Origin: a virus
Taxonomy: Duplodnaviria; Caudoviricetes
DNA length: 50,252 nucleotides
Direction: 5' to 3' (one strand)
Virus record (IMG/VR): IMGVR_UViG_3300035141_000014
Span: 1-50,252 of that record
The notes beneath the pieces are model-generated. The model did no database searches. It saw nothing but the letters and a program-made list of their open reading frames with translations, and was not told the origin of the DNA. Below, piece by piece: positions 34,876 to 43,852 of this stretch. Position 1 is the stretch's first letter. Every line of letters begins with the position of its first letter. Both the position numbers and the translations under genes were made by a program.

Positions 34876-34912
34876 ATTATATTATGAGAAAACTCTTCAT
34901 AAATTACTTTTG

Positions 34913-35641
34913 TCATTGCTTATTACCTTCTCTTTCAATTAATAAAGGAACTTGGCTTTTCGGCATAACTTCAGCAAATATTTCTATTCTTTCTTTTGCC
35001 ATCTTGTAAATATCTTTATAAAACATTTTTTTATCCATTCCATCAATTAAAGCTTTTTCTACTATCTGATCAGCTGATCCTATAACCATTAATTGATGAC
35101 CTGTCATTAATTCTCTTACATTTGGAAATTTTCCTTGCAAAAAAAATAAAGCTTTATTTTCCATTTTTGAAATATTACTGTAATATCTAAAAGCACTTTT
35201 GCTTCCTTGATCGGTTGCATATTCTACAAATTTTTTAATTATATCAGTTTGATTTTTTCTTGTATATTTAGAATCAACTCTTAATTTTTTCCACTCTTCA
35301 TTTTGTTTTCTTACGTAAGCTTCGTTTAAAGATTTTTTCATTTTATAAAATTCTTTAACTAATTTTTTTTTAAATTTTATGACTATATCACTATTTCTCA
35401 TAAAAGTTAAAAGTAAAGTTGTTTGTTCTTCATTTAAATAATAAATTTCTTGCGGTCTTCCTCCTTTAGAATTTTTATTAGGTTTTCTCATTTCAAATGA
35501 TAATACTCCAAACTCTTCTAAATCATTTTTATATTTTTTTATCAATTCTCTTACAGAATGAACTGTATTTTTTGTTTGTTCTGCTATAATCAAACTTGTA
35601 GTAAATAATTTTTTGTTTTCAACTATAACTAAGTTAGACAT
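34913..35641 (-). CDS. Rha family phage regulatory protein
   Basis: TTSLIIAE, GGRP...YYLNEEQTTLLLTFMRN...FKKKLVKEF; AGGAGG RBS before ATG 35641; own TTGATT-17-TATAAT promoter. Confidence 0.85.
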   Translation of the reverse strand: MSNLVIVENKKLFTTSLIIAEQTKNTVHSVRELIKKYKNDLEEFGVLSFEMRKPNKNSKGGRPQEIYYLNEEQTTLLLTFMRNSDIVIKFKKKLVKEFYKMKKSLNEAYVRKQNEEWKKLRVDSKYTRKNQTDIIKKFVEYATDQGSKSAFRYYSNISKMENKALFFLQGKFPNVRELMTGHQLMVIGSADQIVEKALIDGMDKKMFYKDIYKMAKERIEIFAEVMPKSQVPLLIEREGNKQ

Positions 35642-35754
35642 TTTTAACCTCCTAAGTATTTTTATATAACTTATTATACCATTTTTAATAAAGTAAATCA
35701 AGTAAAGTTAAAAAACTGTATTACAATAAAAAAACAGGCTGTTACACCTGTTTG

Positions 35755-36573
35755 TCATTTTATAAGATCAGCTCCTTTTTCTAATATCTCCTTTAACTCT
35801 GCTATTTGTTCTTTGTATTCTTTCCTAAAAGCTTCAAAGTGCGATGGATATAGGTCCTTTGCACATATTATTAATAGTTCGTATTCACTTAATTTAACTC
35901 CATCTAAGTGATAATGGTCCTGGATATATTTTTCAAACTCTTCTCCTGCTATATCATGTATTTTTGCATGACATGGTCCACACATACTAATTACTTTTAG
36001 TTGGCCCATGTCAAATTTATATCCGCCGGCTTCACTTGCGTGATCTACGTGATGTACTGTAACATGATTATTATTATCATGGACCTTACCACATACAGCA
36101 CATATTTTTTTATTTATACATAGGACCTGGTATCTTCTTATATCTCTGCAAATTTGATAGGTCCTTTTAATGGTCCTGTTATCTCTTGGTCCTTCTAATA
36201 CATATAGTGGATATCCGTTTTCTAGTCCAAAGAATAAAATGTATTCAATATAATCTGCTGCTTGTTGGACCGTTAAAGCATTAGCTGATCTAAAAGAAGT
36301 TGATAATCCTTGCAAGTCATTCATTAATTCAAACTGGCCCATTAATAAAGTATGCCAATCTTCTTTTGATTGTCCTGTATAATATTCCAAGTTTCCATAT
36401 AAGGCCCAAATTAATTTATGCTGGACCAGTGTTAATCTTCTATGCTGCACTATACTAAACTCTGCCAACTCTAAAGCAGCAAGTATATCATCTACCTGCT
36501 GCTTGCTTAATCTTTTTTCTACTGTTATATCAAATTGTAGTTTTCCTTTTTCAAAATTAAATGTTCCGTTCAT
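35755..36573 (-). CDS. Putative HNH nuclease (HNHc_6/NinB-like N-terminus)
   Basis: LTLVQHKLIWAL, A..YIEYIL, CAVCG...HH...CGPCHAKIH. Confidence 0.8.
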   Translation of the reverse strand: MNGTFNFEKGKLQFDITVEKRLSKQQVDDILAALELAEFSIVQHRRLTLVQHKLIWALYGNLEYYTGQSKEDWHTLLMGQFELMNDLQGLSTSFRSANALTVQQAADYIEYILFFGLENGYPLYVLEGPRDNRTIKRTYQICRDIRRYQVLCINKKICAVCGKVHDNNNHVTVHHVDHASEAGGYKFDMGQLKVISMCGPCHAKIHDIAGEEFEKYIQDHYHLDGVKLSEYELLIICAKDLYPSHFEAFRKEYKEQIAELKEILEKGADLIK

Positions 36574-36575
36574 AA

Positions 36576-36776
36576 TCACACTCCCGGTAATTTATGTTGT
36601 CTGCATTGTTGTATCATTTTTCTGTATTTTTCTATTTTCTGCAAACACTCATAATAGTTTTTATCTGCTGTTTTTTTTCTGATCTCATAATATGCCAAAT
36701 CTTTTTGCAGATCATTAATTTTTTTACCAAGATGTTTTTCGGTTTCTTCAGCTTGTACAATTTTGTAATCCATCAA
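36576..36776 (-). CDS. Hypothetical coiled-coil protein
   Basis: Coupled ORF in operon. Confidence 0.6.
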   Translation of the reverse strand: MMDYKIVQAEETEKHLGKKINDLQKDLAYYEIRKKTADKNYYECLQKIEKYRKMIQQCRQHKLPGV

Positions 36777-36982
36777 ACCAACTCCTTTAAATCTTTCTGT
36801 ATATCTTCTAAAACTAATTTTTGTATTCTAAGATCGTTCAGTGTTATTGCATACTCTTCTGTATTTTTTCTATTTTGCAATAATTCTATTTTATTTTTTA
36901 ACACTTTAATTTTTTTCTTACAATATTTAAGCTCTTCTCTATAATAACCTTCAACATCTTCTTTATAACTTTTTTTACCCAT
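36773..36982 (-). CDS. Hypothetical coiled-coil protein
   Basis: GAGGTG RBS before ATG at 36982. Confidence 0.6.
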   Translation of the reverse strand: MGKKSYKEDVEGYYREELKYCKKKIKVLKNKIELLQNRKNTEEYAITLNDLRIQKLVLEDIQKDLKELV

Positions 36983-37030
36983 TTTTATCACCTCTTGCAA
37001 AAAAACATAATTACATGGTATAATTATACA

Positions 37031-37110
37031 AACAAGCAAACAACATTAACACCCTATTTATCACTCCGATGAATACCCTTTTAAGGCAACTAATTAAAGT
37101 TGCCTTTTTT
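37031..37110 (+). ncRNA. Candidate sRNA with anti-Shine-Dalgarno segment
   Basis: TTGCAA-18-TATAAT (extended -10) promoter; UUUAUCACUCC; terminator aaggcaact/agttgcctt plus U-run. Confidence 0.5.
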
Positions 37111-37134
37111 GTTTGTATTTGATATAATCTAATT

Positions 37135-37210
37135 AGGGCAAATCTTACATAGATTCTGGTTATCTATGTAAGTTAATTGTAGGTAGTCAATAAAAGGCTA
37201 CCTATTTTTT
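37135..37210 (+). ncRNA. Candidate sRNA / type I antitoxin
   Basis: TTGCCT-17-TATAAT (extended -10); hairpin cttacataga/tctatgtaag; terminator overlapping the stop of a convergent hydrophobic peptide. Confidence 0.5.
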
Positions 37211-37269
37211 ATTGCAAAAATTAAGCAAACCAAGCAAGTAAAAATGAAGATCAACTCAATACATATCAT
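37198..37269 (-). CDS. 23-aa hydrophobic peptide (type I toxin-like)
   Basis: AAGGAGGT RBS; MICIELIFIFTCLVCLIFAIKNR. Confidence 0.5.
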   Translation of the reverse strand: MICIELIFIFTCLVCLIFAIKNR

Positions 37270-37281
37270 TTTACCTCCTTG

Positions 37282-37809
37282 CTATAACCATGTTAAATAT
37301 AATCTTTCTTTTCTTTTTCCAGATGGTACAAATGTTTCTATTTTTCTAGCCATGTTAAGTTTTTCAGCCAATTCTAAATCCAAAATATTAAAACTTTTTT
37401 TACCTATAATTTCTTGAAAAGATGATATATCTACAACTTCTATATAGTAATAAGTTTTATCACCTTTTTTATCTATCTCTAGTATATAACCACATTCATG
37501 TAGGCGTTCATTTTCTTCAAATTTTTTCATTAGTCTATCAGTTTGTTTAAGCCTTTTAAATGTAATTCTTTCTTTACCTGTTTTAAGTTCTAAAAAATAA
37601 ATTTTTGGATCACAATAATATTCATCACTTTTAGGTTTTCCAGAATAACATATAAAATCACATGGATTAGTTGTAGTATATTTTTTACCAGTTCCGGTAT
37701 TAACACCATTAACATATGAACCGGCATCTTTTAATCTTGTACAACTTATTCCCTGTATTAAGCACGACTCTTTAAATAGTTCTTCAAATTGTTTACCTGT
37801 GTTTTTCAT
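37282..37809 (-). CDS. RecU-like Holliday junction resolvase
   Basis: NTGKQFEELF, RLKD, NPCDFI, FLELKT, Q..RL. Confidence 0.8.
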   Translation of the reverse strand: MKNTGKQFEELFKESCLIQGISCTRLKDAGSYVNGVNTGTGKKYTTTNPCDFICYSGKPKSDEYYCDPKIYFLELKTGKERITFKRLKQTDRLMKKFEENERLHECGYILEIDKKGDKTYYYIEVVDISSFQEIIGKKSFNILDLELAEKLNMARKIETFVPSGKRKERLYLTWL

Positions 37810-38285
37810 TCAATCACCTGCCATCCATATTTTTTTACTCTACTTAGTATTTTGTCTCTATGCTTTTCTAAGTAGTATTCTCTTTTATCTTCTTCATTTA
37901 CTAATGCAAAAAATAATTCTTTGCACTGCAATTGAATAGTACTAAACAAAAATGTAAATAAAAATTCCTGATCTTCTTTTGCTGCAAGAATTTCGTTTAT
38001 AGTGTTTTTTATGTTCAACTTACATTCACTTACTGTTATTTTCTCTTTTCTGCTATTATAATCAAAGTAATATTCATCAAGTGGACTTTTTATAGTGCAA
38101 TTAGAATTAAAATAACTCTCAGAAACTTGAATAATATCAAGTGTTTCTTCAATTGTGTTGTCAAAGTCGCTGTTATCAAATGCTTGTAACAATTCTTTGT
38201 ACTCATCTATTACTTTAGATTTCAGTTCTTTTTTTGATCCATGAAATTGTTTAACGTTTAAAAAATATTGTTTCATATTAATCAA
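37806..38285 (-). CDS. MazG-like all-alpha NTP pyrophosphatase-like protein
   Basis: KVIDEYKEL...EETLDIIQV resembles the EExxE...EExxD motif; C-terminal KH..K....GW. Confidence 0.55.
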   Translation of the reverse strand: MINMKQYFLNVKQFHGSKKELKSKVIDEYKELLQAFDNSDFDNTIEETLDIIQVSESYFNSNCTIKSPLDEYYFDYNSRKEKITVSECKLNIKNTINEILAAKEDQEFLFTFLFSTIQLQCKELFFALVNEEDKREYYLEKHRDKILSRVKKYGWQVIE

Positions 38286-38929
38286 CTCTCCTTTAATAAA
38301 TTTAAAATAAAATCTCTTCCTAATTGAGTTATTTTTCTATGATATATAACTTTGCCATTATCCATTACTTGTTGCTTTATATCAAAATAACCTAATCCAC
38401 TATATTTAGAATAAGTTACCCAAGTGCCATTTGATTTATATTGTATTTTTTCATTAGACAATATTTTATTTAATTGTGCAGCAGATTTTAAATTACATTC
38501 TTTTGCTACTTCTGTAACTGTATAAGTTTTATTAACATGCATTAATATAGCGTTTTTTCTTTCAGCTTCAATTCTAGCTTCTTCTGATATAACAAGTTGT
38601 TTAAGTGCTTCTAAATATGTTTTTGGATTTTTGCTTTTATTTTCCAACTCATCTATTTTTTTGATAAGTTTCATTCTTATAACTGCTGAATATCTAGTTG
38701 CTATTTGCATAGCTCCATCTCTACCCATAGAATACATTGGTAATTTTCTACCAGTAGAATCTTTATATTCACTTAGCTGAAAAATTAGCTCAGTAGAAAA
38801 TCCTTCTTTTTCAATGCTTTCTATTTCATTTCTTATATCAGCTAATACATTTTTATGTTCTTTTCCTGTTATAATTGCTATATCTTTACTAGTCATTACA
38901 AGTTTATTATCTAGTATTAATTCGTTCAA
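38282..38929 (-). CDS. Rha plus KilAC antirepressor-like protein
   Basis: MTSKDIAIITGKEHKNVLADIR, YKDSTGRKLPMY; TVTEVAKE...LNKIL...IQYK...W...TQLGRDFI. Confidence 0.9.
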   Translation of the reverse strand: MNELILDNKLVMTSKDIAIITGKEHKNVLADIRNEIESIEKEGFSTELIFQLSEYKDSTGRKLPMYSMGRDGAMQIATRYSAVIRMKLIKKIDELENKSKNPKTYLEALKQLVISEEARIEAERKNAILMHVNKTYTVTEVAKECNLKSAAQLNKILSNEKIQYKSNGTWVTYSKYSGLGYFDIKQQVMDNGKVIYHRKITQLGRDFILNLLKES

Positions 38930-38931
38930 AT

Positions 38932-39105
38932 TTAATCCTCCTTAGTTATTGGTTCAATGTAAATTCCTTTTCCGTTTGTTCTTATTTTTACTTTCATACC
39001 TTTTTCAAGCTTCATAATTTCCTTAATAGTTTTAGGAAAATTAATGTTAGCTTGATTTCTTGGCATAATAATTGTCGTTGTTTCTTCAACTATGTAATTT
39101 TTCAT
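38932..39105 (-). CDS. AbrB/MazE/SpoVT-family DNA-binding protein (57 aa)
   Basis: INFPKTIKEIMKLEKGMKVKI.....IYIEP; AGGAGG RBS; below ORF-track cutoff. Confidence 0.75.
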   Translation of the reverse strand: MKNYIVEETTTIIMPRNQANINFPKTIKEIMKLEKGMKVKIRTNGKGIYIEPITKED

Positions 39106-39134
39106 ATTTAACCTCCTTTTAATTTCTTACTTAA

Positions 39135-39217
39135 ATTATATAATAAAAAATTGTATTTGTCAAATTAAATTTAATTGTAATTTTACCTTGACATATTCCA
39201 ATTAATGTTATATAATC
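39135..39217. promoter_or_regulatory. Back-to-back consensus sigma70 promoters
   Basis: TTGACA-17-TATAAT on both strands (minus 39163-39135, plus 39189-39217). Confidence 0.8.
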
Positions 39218-39252
39218 TCTTTGTAAGATAAAATAATAAAGGAGTGGTAAAT

Positions 39253-39504
39253 ATGACAAACAAAGAATTAAAAGATATGGTGTTAGAATTTTTAGAAGGT
39301 TGTAAATTAGAAGACAAAGACGATGAGTTGACAGCTACATACAAGTCTGAATACTTTAGAAATTTTATCAATGAAGATGGATGGTCTGTATTAGATATAT
39401 GCCAATTTGGGAAAGCTGTTTCTAATAAAGAAATGTTTACAATTGATTATGAATTTGGAGAATTTAAATATAATGAAATACATTTTATAGAACTTGAAGA
39501 CTAG
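39253..39504 (+). CDS. Small acidic hypothetical protein
   Basis: GGAGTGG RBS, ATG 39253; first gene behind a consensus promoter. Confidence 0.7.
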   Translation: MTNKELKDMVLEFLEGCKLEDKDDELTATYKSEYFRNFINEDGWSVLDICQFGKAVSNKEMFTIDYEFGEFKYNEIHFIELED

Positions 39505-39550
39505 GGAAACCTAGTTTTCTTTATATATTAAATTAAATAGGAGTGATAAT

Positions 39551-40990
39551 ATGTTTGATAAAAATTTTTATCCTACACCTGATAATGTTATTTCTAAAAT
39601 GTTAATTGGTGTAGACTTAATGCACAAGAAAATATTAGAACCAAGTGCAGGAAAAGGAAATATATGCGATTATATAATAAAACATTTGCCTTACAGAATG
39701 GGTTCTAATTATAATAAATCGCACATGTATTGTATAGAAAAAAATGCAGAGTTACAGTATATTTTAAAAGAAAAAGGTTATAAAGTTTTGCATGATGACT
39801 TTATAACTTATAACTCAGATTATATATTTGACATTATAATTATGAATCCGCCTTTTGACAACGGAGCAAAACATCTATTAAAATCTATAGAAATATCAAA
39901 AGGTGCTAAAATTATATGTTTATTAAACTCTGAGACTTTAAATAATCCATTTTCTAAAGAAAGACAACTGTTAGTTCAAATGATAGCTAAAAATGGTTCT
40001 GTTGAAGAATTAGGGGCATGTTTTGGAGATTCAGAAAGAAAAACAAAAGTTAATGTTTCTTTAGTAAGGTATCAAGAAAAAAATTATAAATCAGAGTTTA
40101 AATTTGATGGAACTAAAGATCATATAGAGAATATACAAGATATTAAAAATTATGACATTGCTAATAAAGATGTGTTTGGTAATTTAGAAATAAGATATAA
40201 CAAAATTAAAGAATTAACAAAACAAATGTTACAAATACAATCTAAAATGGAATATTATTCAGAAGGACTAATCGATGACAACAAAGGTATACTAGAACTT
40301 ATAAAAGAATCTCATGAAAATAATAGAAACTCTTATTACAACAATTTCATTGAAAGTTTTAGAAGTTCATGTTGGAGTACTATATTACGAAAAACCGATA
40401 TAAGTAATTTTACAACAAAGAAAGTTAGAGAGAACTTTTATAAATATCAGGAACAACAAGGTTATATGGCTTTCACTAAAGAAAACATGGAGAAGCTATT
40501 AAAAGAATTATATTTAAATCAGGAAAATATTATGCAATCTTGTATAGAAGAGGCTTTTGATCTTATGACAAAGTATTATAAAGAAAATAGAGTTTATGTT
40601 GAAGGTTGGAAAACTAACGACCAGTGGAAAGTTAATAAAAAAGTTATACTTCCTCGGATGCGTGACGACTGGCAAGGTTATCCATGTTTATCTTATACAG
40701 CAAAAGATACTTTAAATGATATAGAAAAAGCTATATGTTTTATAACTAAGAAAAATATAAAAAATATAACCAGTATAGAAAGTGTAATTGAAAAATATTT
40801 AACAGAATCAAAAGAAAAAAACAATTATATAGATTATTCTATGAAGTTCGGTAAGTGGTACGACTCAGAATATTTTAAATTTAAAATGTTTAAAAAAGGT
40901 ACTATGCACATAGAATTTAAAGATAGTATTATACATGAAAAATTTAATCAACTAGCTTGTAAATATAAGCAGTGGTTAGGTTACAACTAG
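39551..40990 (+). CDS. N6-adenine DNA methyltransferase with DUF4942-like C-terminus
   Basis: FYPTP, ILEPSAGKGNI (motif I), IMNPPF (motif IV); C-terminal GWKTN...KKVI, FKMFKKGTMHIEF. Confidence 0.9.
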   Translation: MFDKNFYPTPDNVISKMLIGVDLMHKKILEPSAGKGNICDYIIKHLPYRMGSNYNKSHMYCIEKNAELQYILKEKGYKVLHDDFITYNSDYIFDIIIMNPPFDNGAKHLLKSIEISKGAKIICLLNSETLNNPFSKERQLLVQMIAKNGSVEELGACFGDSERKTKVNVSLVRYQEKNYKSEFKFDGTKDHIENIQDIKNYDIANKDVFGNLEIRYNKIKELTKQMLQIQSKMEYYSEGLIDDNKGILELIKESHENNRNSYYNNFIESFRSSCWSTILRKTDISNFTTKKVRENFYKYQEQQGYMAFTKENMEKLLKELYLNQENIMQSCIEEAFDLMTKYYKENRVYVEGWKTNDQWKVNKKVILPRMRDDWQGYPCLSYTAKDTLNDIEKAICFITKKNIKNITSIESVIEKYLTESKEKNNYIDYSMKFGKWYDSEYFKFKMFKKGTMHIEFKDSIIHEKFNQLACKYKQWLGYN

Positions 40991-41053
40991 GGAGCTTTGG
41001 CTCTCTTTTATATTGTCAAAACAGTCTGTTTTTTACAATTTGAAATAAAAAAC

Positions 41054-41082
41054 TTGACAACTAACGTTAAAAGTTGTAAACT
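41054..41082 (+). promoter_or_regulatory. Promoter of replication operon with palindromic operator
   Basis: TTGACA-17-TAAACT; acaact-N9-agttgt palindrome across the spacer. Confidence 0.65.
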
Positions 41083-41106
41083 ATATACAAGTAAAGGAGG
41101 TGCTAA

Positions 41107-41271
41107 ATGAAATTTTATAAAATATCAGAAGTAGCTGAAATGTTTGGTGTTAGTAGACAAGCTGTATACAAGTGGATAAATGAAAACAAAATTAAATCCG
41201 TAACTACACCGGCAGGAACTAAAAGAATTACACAAGAAGAAATTGACAAATTAATAAAAGGAGTGAAGTAA
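41107..41271 (+). CDS. MerR/excisionase-like HTH protein (54 aa)
   Basis: YKISEVAEMFGVSRQAVYKWINENKIKSVTTPAGTKRI; AGGAGG RBS; below ORF-track cutoff. Confidence 0.85.
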   Translation: MKFYKISEVAEMFGVSRQAVYKWINENKIKSVTTPAGTKRITQEEIDKLIKGVK

Positions 41272-41274
41272 ATT

Positions 41275-41721
41275 ATGGTTATAGATGAAAATTACATATT
41301 AAATAATAAGGTTGAATTTGGTGAAGTTAGAAGCGGAATTTATTTTTTAATTAAAGATAATAAAGTTGTTTATGTTGGTCAATCTATACATGGTTTATCA
41401 AGAATATTTACCCATAAAGACAAAGATTTTGATTTTTATTGTTTTATCAAATGTTCTAAAGAAAAATTAAACAAATATGAAGCTTTGAATATTTTTTATT
41501 ACAAACCAAAATATAACAAAACTTTAAACGAAGAATTTTTTTCTATAGAAATGATTAGAAACAGATTAAAAAAAGTTGGTATTAAATCTCCTTATTTTTA
41601 TAAAAATAACATTAAAAAAATTATTAAAGAAAAAAATATTAAAACATATAATTTTAATTTTGGTTGTATATATATAGATTCTTGTGATTTTGATTTAATT
41701 TTAAAAGAGGTTCAATTATGA
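41275..41721 (+). CDS. GIY-YIG nuclease family protein
   Basis: GIYFL...VVYVGQS...R...H...E...I...KPKYN. Confidence 0.85.
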   Translation: MVIDENYILNNKVEFGEVRSGIYFLIKDNKVVYVGQSIHGLSRIFTHKDKDFDFYCFIKCSKEKLNKYEALNIFYYKPKYNKTLNEEFFSIEMIRNRLKKVGIKSPYFYKNNIKKIIKEKNIKTYNFNFGCIYIDSCDFDLILKEVQL

Positions 41722-42539
41722 AATTTACAATAATGGGTTTTTCTCAAGAATCTTTAATTAAATATGAACTTGATTTAACAGATGCTTTGATTATGCGTTG
41801 GTTTGTAGATTTTAAAGATACTGGAAAGATGTACTATGAAATAATACATAATGATAAATATTATTGGATAAAATATGAAGCTCTTTTAAAAGATATACCT
41901 GTTATTGGTATTAAAAAAGTTGCTTTAGGAAGAAGGCTTAAAAAATTATCTGAAAAAAACATACTTAAACAATACATAAAAAAACAAGGAGGTATATTTA
42001 CAATGTATTCTTTAGGTGTAAAATACATAGAATTTATAGATTCTAATTTTAAAACATCTAAATTTGAAAGTGTAGACCTATGTACTTCAAAGTTCAAAGG
42101 GTCTAAACTTGAAAGTTCAAAGGGTATTGATTTAAAAGTTCAAACAAATAATTATTCTATTAAAAAAACTAATCTACAAAATAATAATATATATGAAAAT
42201 ATTTTTAACTATTATTTAAGTAAAAATTTAATAAAACATAAATCTTTAAATGATCCTATGAAAAAATCTATAGATAGAGCCATTAAACAATATTCTTTAA
42301 ATGAACAAGACTTAAAAAATATAATTGATAGACATGCGTTAAAAGTAGAAGAAACAAAAGATAACGGTAAATACGCTAAAAGGAAAAGAAGTTTATCTGA
42401 ACTTTTTGGACAAAAGAAAAAAGATAGTCTAGATTTAATTTGTTATGAATATACAGATGATATTTTCCTAAAAAAAGAAGTGAATGAAAGTAAAAAAGAA
42501 GAAATAAAAAAATTTGATAATGTAAAAATAATATATTAA
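41718..42539 (+). CDS. Replication initiator / replisome organiser (initiator 2)
   Basis: N-terminal winged-HTH type (GFSQ...LDLTD...YYWIKY), internal iterons, directly upstream of helicase. Confidence 0.75.
   Translation: MKFTIMGFSQESLIKYELDLTDALIMRWFVDFKDTGKMYYEIIHNDKYYWIKYEALLKDIPVIGIKKVALGRRLKKLSEKNILKQYIKKQGGIFTMYSLGVKYIEFIDSNFKTSKFESVDLCTSKFKGSKLESSKGIDLKVQTNNYSIKKTNLQNNNIYENIFNYYLSKNLIKHKSLNDPMKKSIDRAIKQYSLNEQDLKNIIDRHALKVEETKDNGKYAKRKRSLSELFGQKKKDSLDLICYEYTDDIFLKKEVNESKKEEIKKFDNVKIIY
42062..42145. repeat. Iteron-like direct repeats (4 copies, 22-23 bp spacing)
   Basis: atttgaaagtgtagac / acttcaaagttcaaaggg / acttgaaagttcaaaggg / atttaaaagttcaaac. Confidence 0.7.
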
Positions 42540-42549
42540 AGGAGTATTT

Positions 42550-43839
42550 ATGATAAATTTAGAAGCTGAAAAAAGCTTAATAGGTTCTATAATTTTAAAA
42601 AATGAACTTTATCAAATTGCTTTGAATAAAAATATAAATAAGAATTGTTTTACTGATACAGCTAATAAAATTATATTTTCAAGTTTTAAAAATTTAGAAA
42701 AAATTGATCCTGTAATAATAGAAAATAAAATAGATGAAAAATATCACGATTATTTATTTGATATTATTGAATCAGTTCCAAGTACAGCTAACTTTGAAAC
42801 TTATTGTGATATAGTTTATACAAATTACAAAAAAAGGTTTTTTAACAAAACTATATCTAAAAGTTTAAATGATATAGAAGGAAATTTATTAGAAGATGTT
42901 ATAAACGATACTATAAAAAAATTAGAAAAAATTAATAACTTTGATACAAAAGTTATTAAAAAAAACATGGGAGAAATTTACGACGAAATGTTTGAAGAGT
43001 TTGAAAATGAAAGCAAAATGCCTGATAGTTTTTGTTTAGGGTTCGACACTTTCTCTAAAGATTTACATTTAGAAGGTGGAGATTTAGTTTTAATCGGTGG
43101 AAGACCAGGAAGTGGTAAAACAGCTTATGCTATTAATATAGCTGAAAGATTAAGCAAACAAATGAAAATTGGTATATTTTTTAGTTTGGAAATGACTTCT
43201 AGGGTTTTAGGAAGAAGAATGCTTTCTTCTATGACTCAAGTAAAATTTAGCAAAATAAAAAATAAATATGGATATAAAAGTTTAACAGAAGAAGAATATG
43301 AGAAACTTGGTAAAAAATACAAAGAATTTAAAGAAATGCCATTAAGCATAATTGATAAAGGAGGATTGTTTATAGATGATATAGTAAATTTATCTAAAGA
43401 ACATAAAAGATTGCATGGTTTAGATTACATAATTATAGATTATGCACAGTTAATTAGAGTAAAAGGTAAGAAAAGCAGATATGAAGAAATAACAGAAGTT
43501 TCTTTGAGTTTAAAAGCTCTTGCTATGAATTTAAATATACCAGTTATAGCTTTAGCTCAATTGTCTAGAATAGTAGAAACCAGACAAGATAAAAGACCGG
43601 TTTTATCAGATCTTAAAGATTCAGGACAACTTGAACAAGATGCATCTATAATACAATTTTTATACAGAGAATCATATTACGATGAAAATACATCTAACAA
43701 AATAACAAGAGAAGATGGAGAAGTTATGGATGTTGTAGAAATATCAAACAAAAAAAATAGAAACGGAAAAGTAAATATTGAATATTTAGCTTTTCATGGA
43801 GATACTCAAAGATTTTTCGAATTAGATTTTAAAAAATAG
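42550..43839 (+). CDS. dnaB: DnaB-like replicative helicase
   Basis: GGRPGSGKT, FSLEM, IIIDYAQL, AQLSR..E.RQDKRP.LSDLKDSGQLEQDA, KNRNG. Confidence 0.95.
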   Translation: MINLEAEKSLIGSIILKNELYQIALNKNINKNCFTDTANKIIFSSFKNLEKIDPVIIENKIDEKYHDYLFDIIESVPSTANFETYCDIVYTNYKKRFFNKTISKSLNDIEGNLLEDVINDTIKKLEKINNFDTKVIKKNMGEIYDEMFEEFENESKMPDSFCLGFDTFSKDLHLEGGDLVLIGGRPGSGKTAYAINIAERLSKQMKIGIFFSLEMTSRVLGRRMLSSMTQVKFSKIKNKYGYKSLTEEEYEKLGKKYKEFKEMPLSIIDKGGLFIDDIVNLSKEHKRLHGLDYIIIDYAQLIRVKGKKSRYEEITEVSLSLKALAMNLNIPVIALAQLSRIVETRQDKRPVLSDLKDSGQLEQDASIIQFLYRESYYDENTSNKITREDGEVMDVVEISNKKNRNGKVNIEYLAFHGDTQRFFELDFKK

Positions 43840-43852
43840 GAAGGCAAAAAAA

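Noticed and set aside
38932-39105. MazE/AbrB antitoxin of a type II TA pair
   Set aside because: The downstream gene is a Rha/KilAC regulator, not a recognisable toxin
41107-41271. Excisionase implying an integration module
   Set aside because: No integrase or att-like context seen; its position and the promoter palindrome fit an autoregulator of the replication operon
41275-41721. Intron-encoded homing endonuclease
   Set aside because: Free-standing between intact genes; no split gene or intron structure noticed
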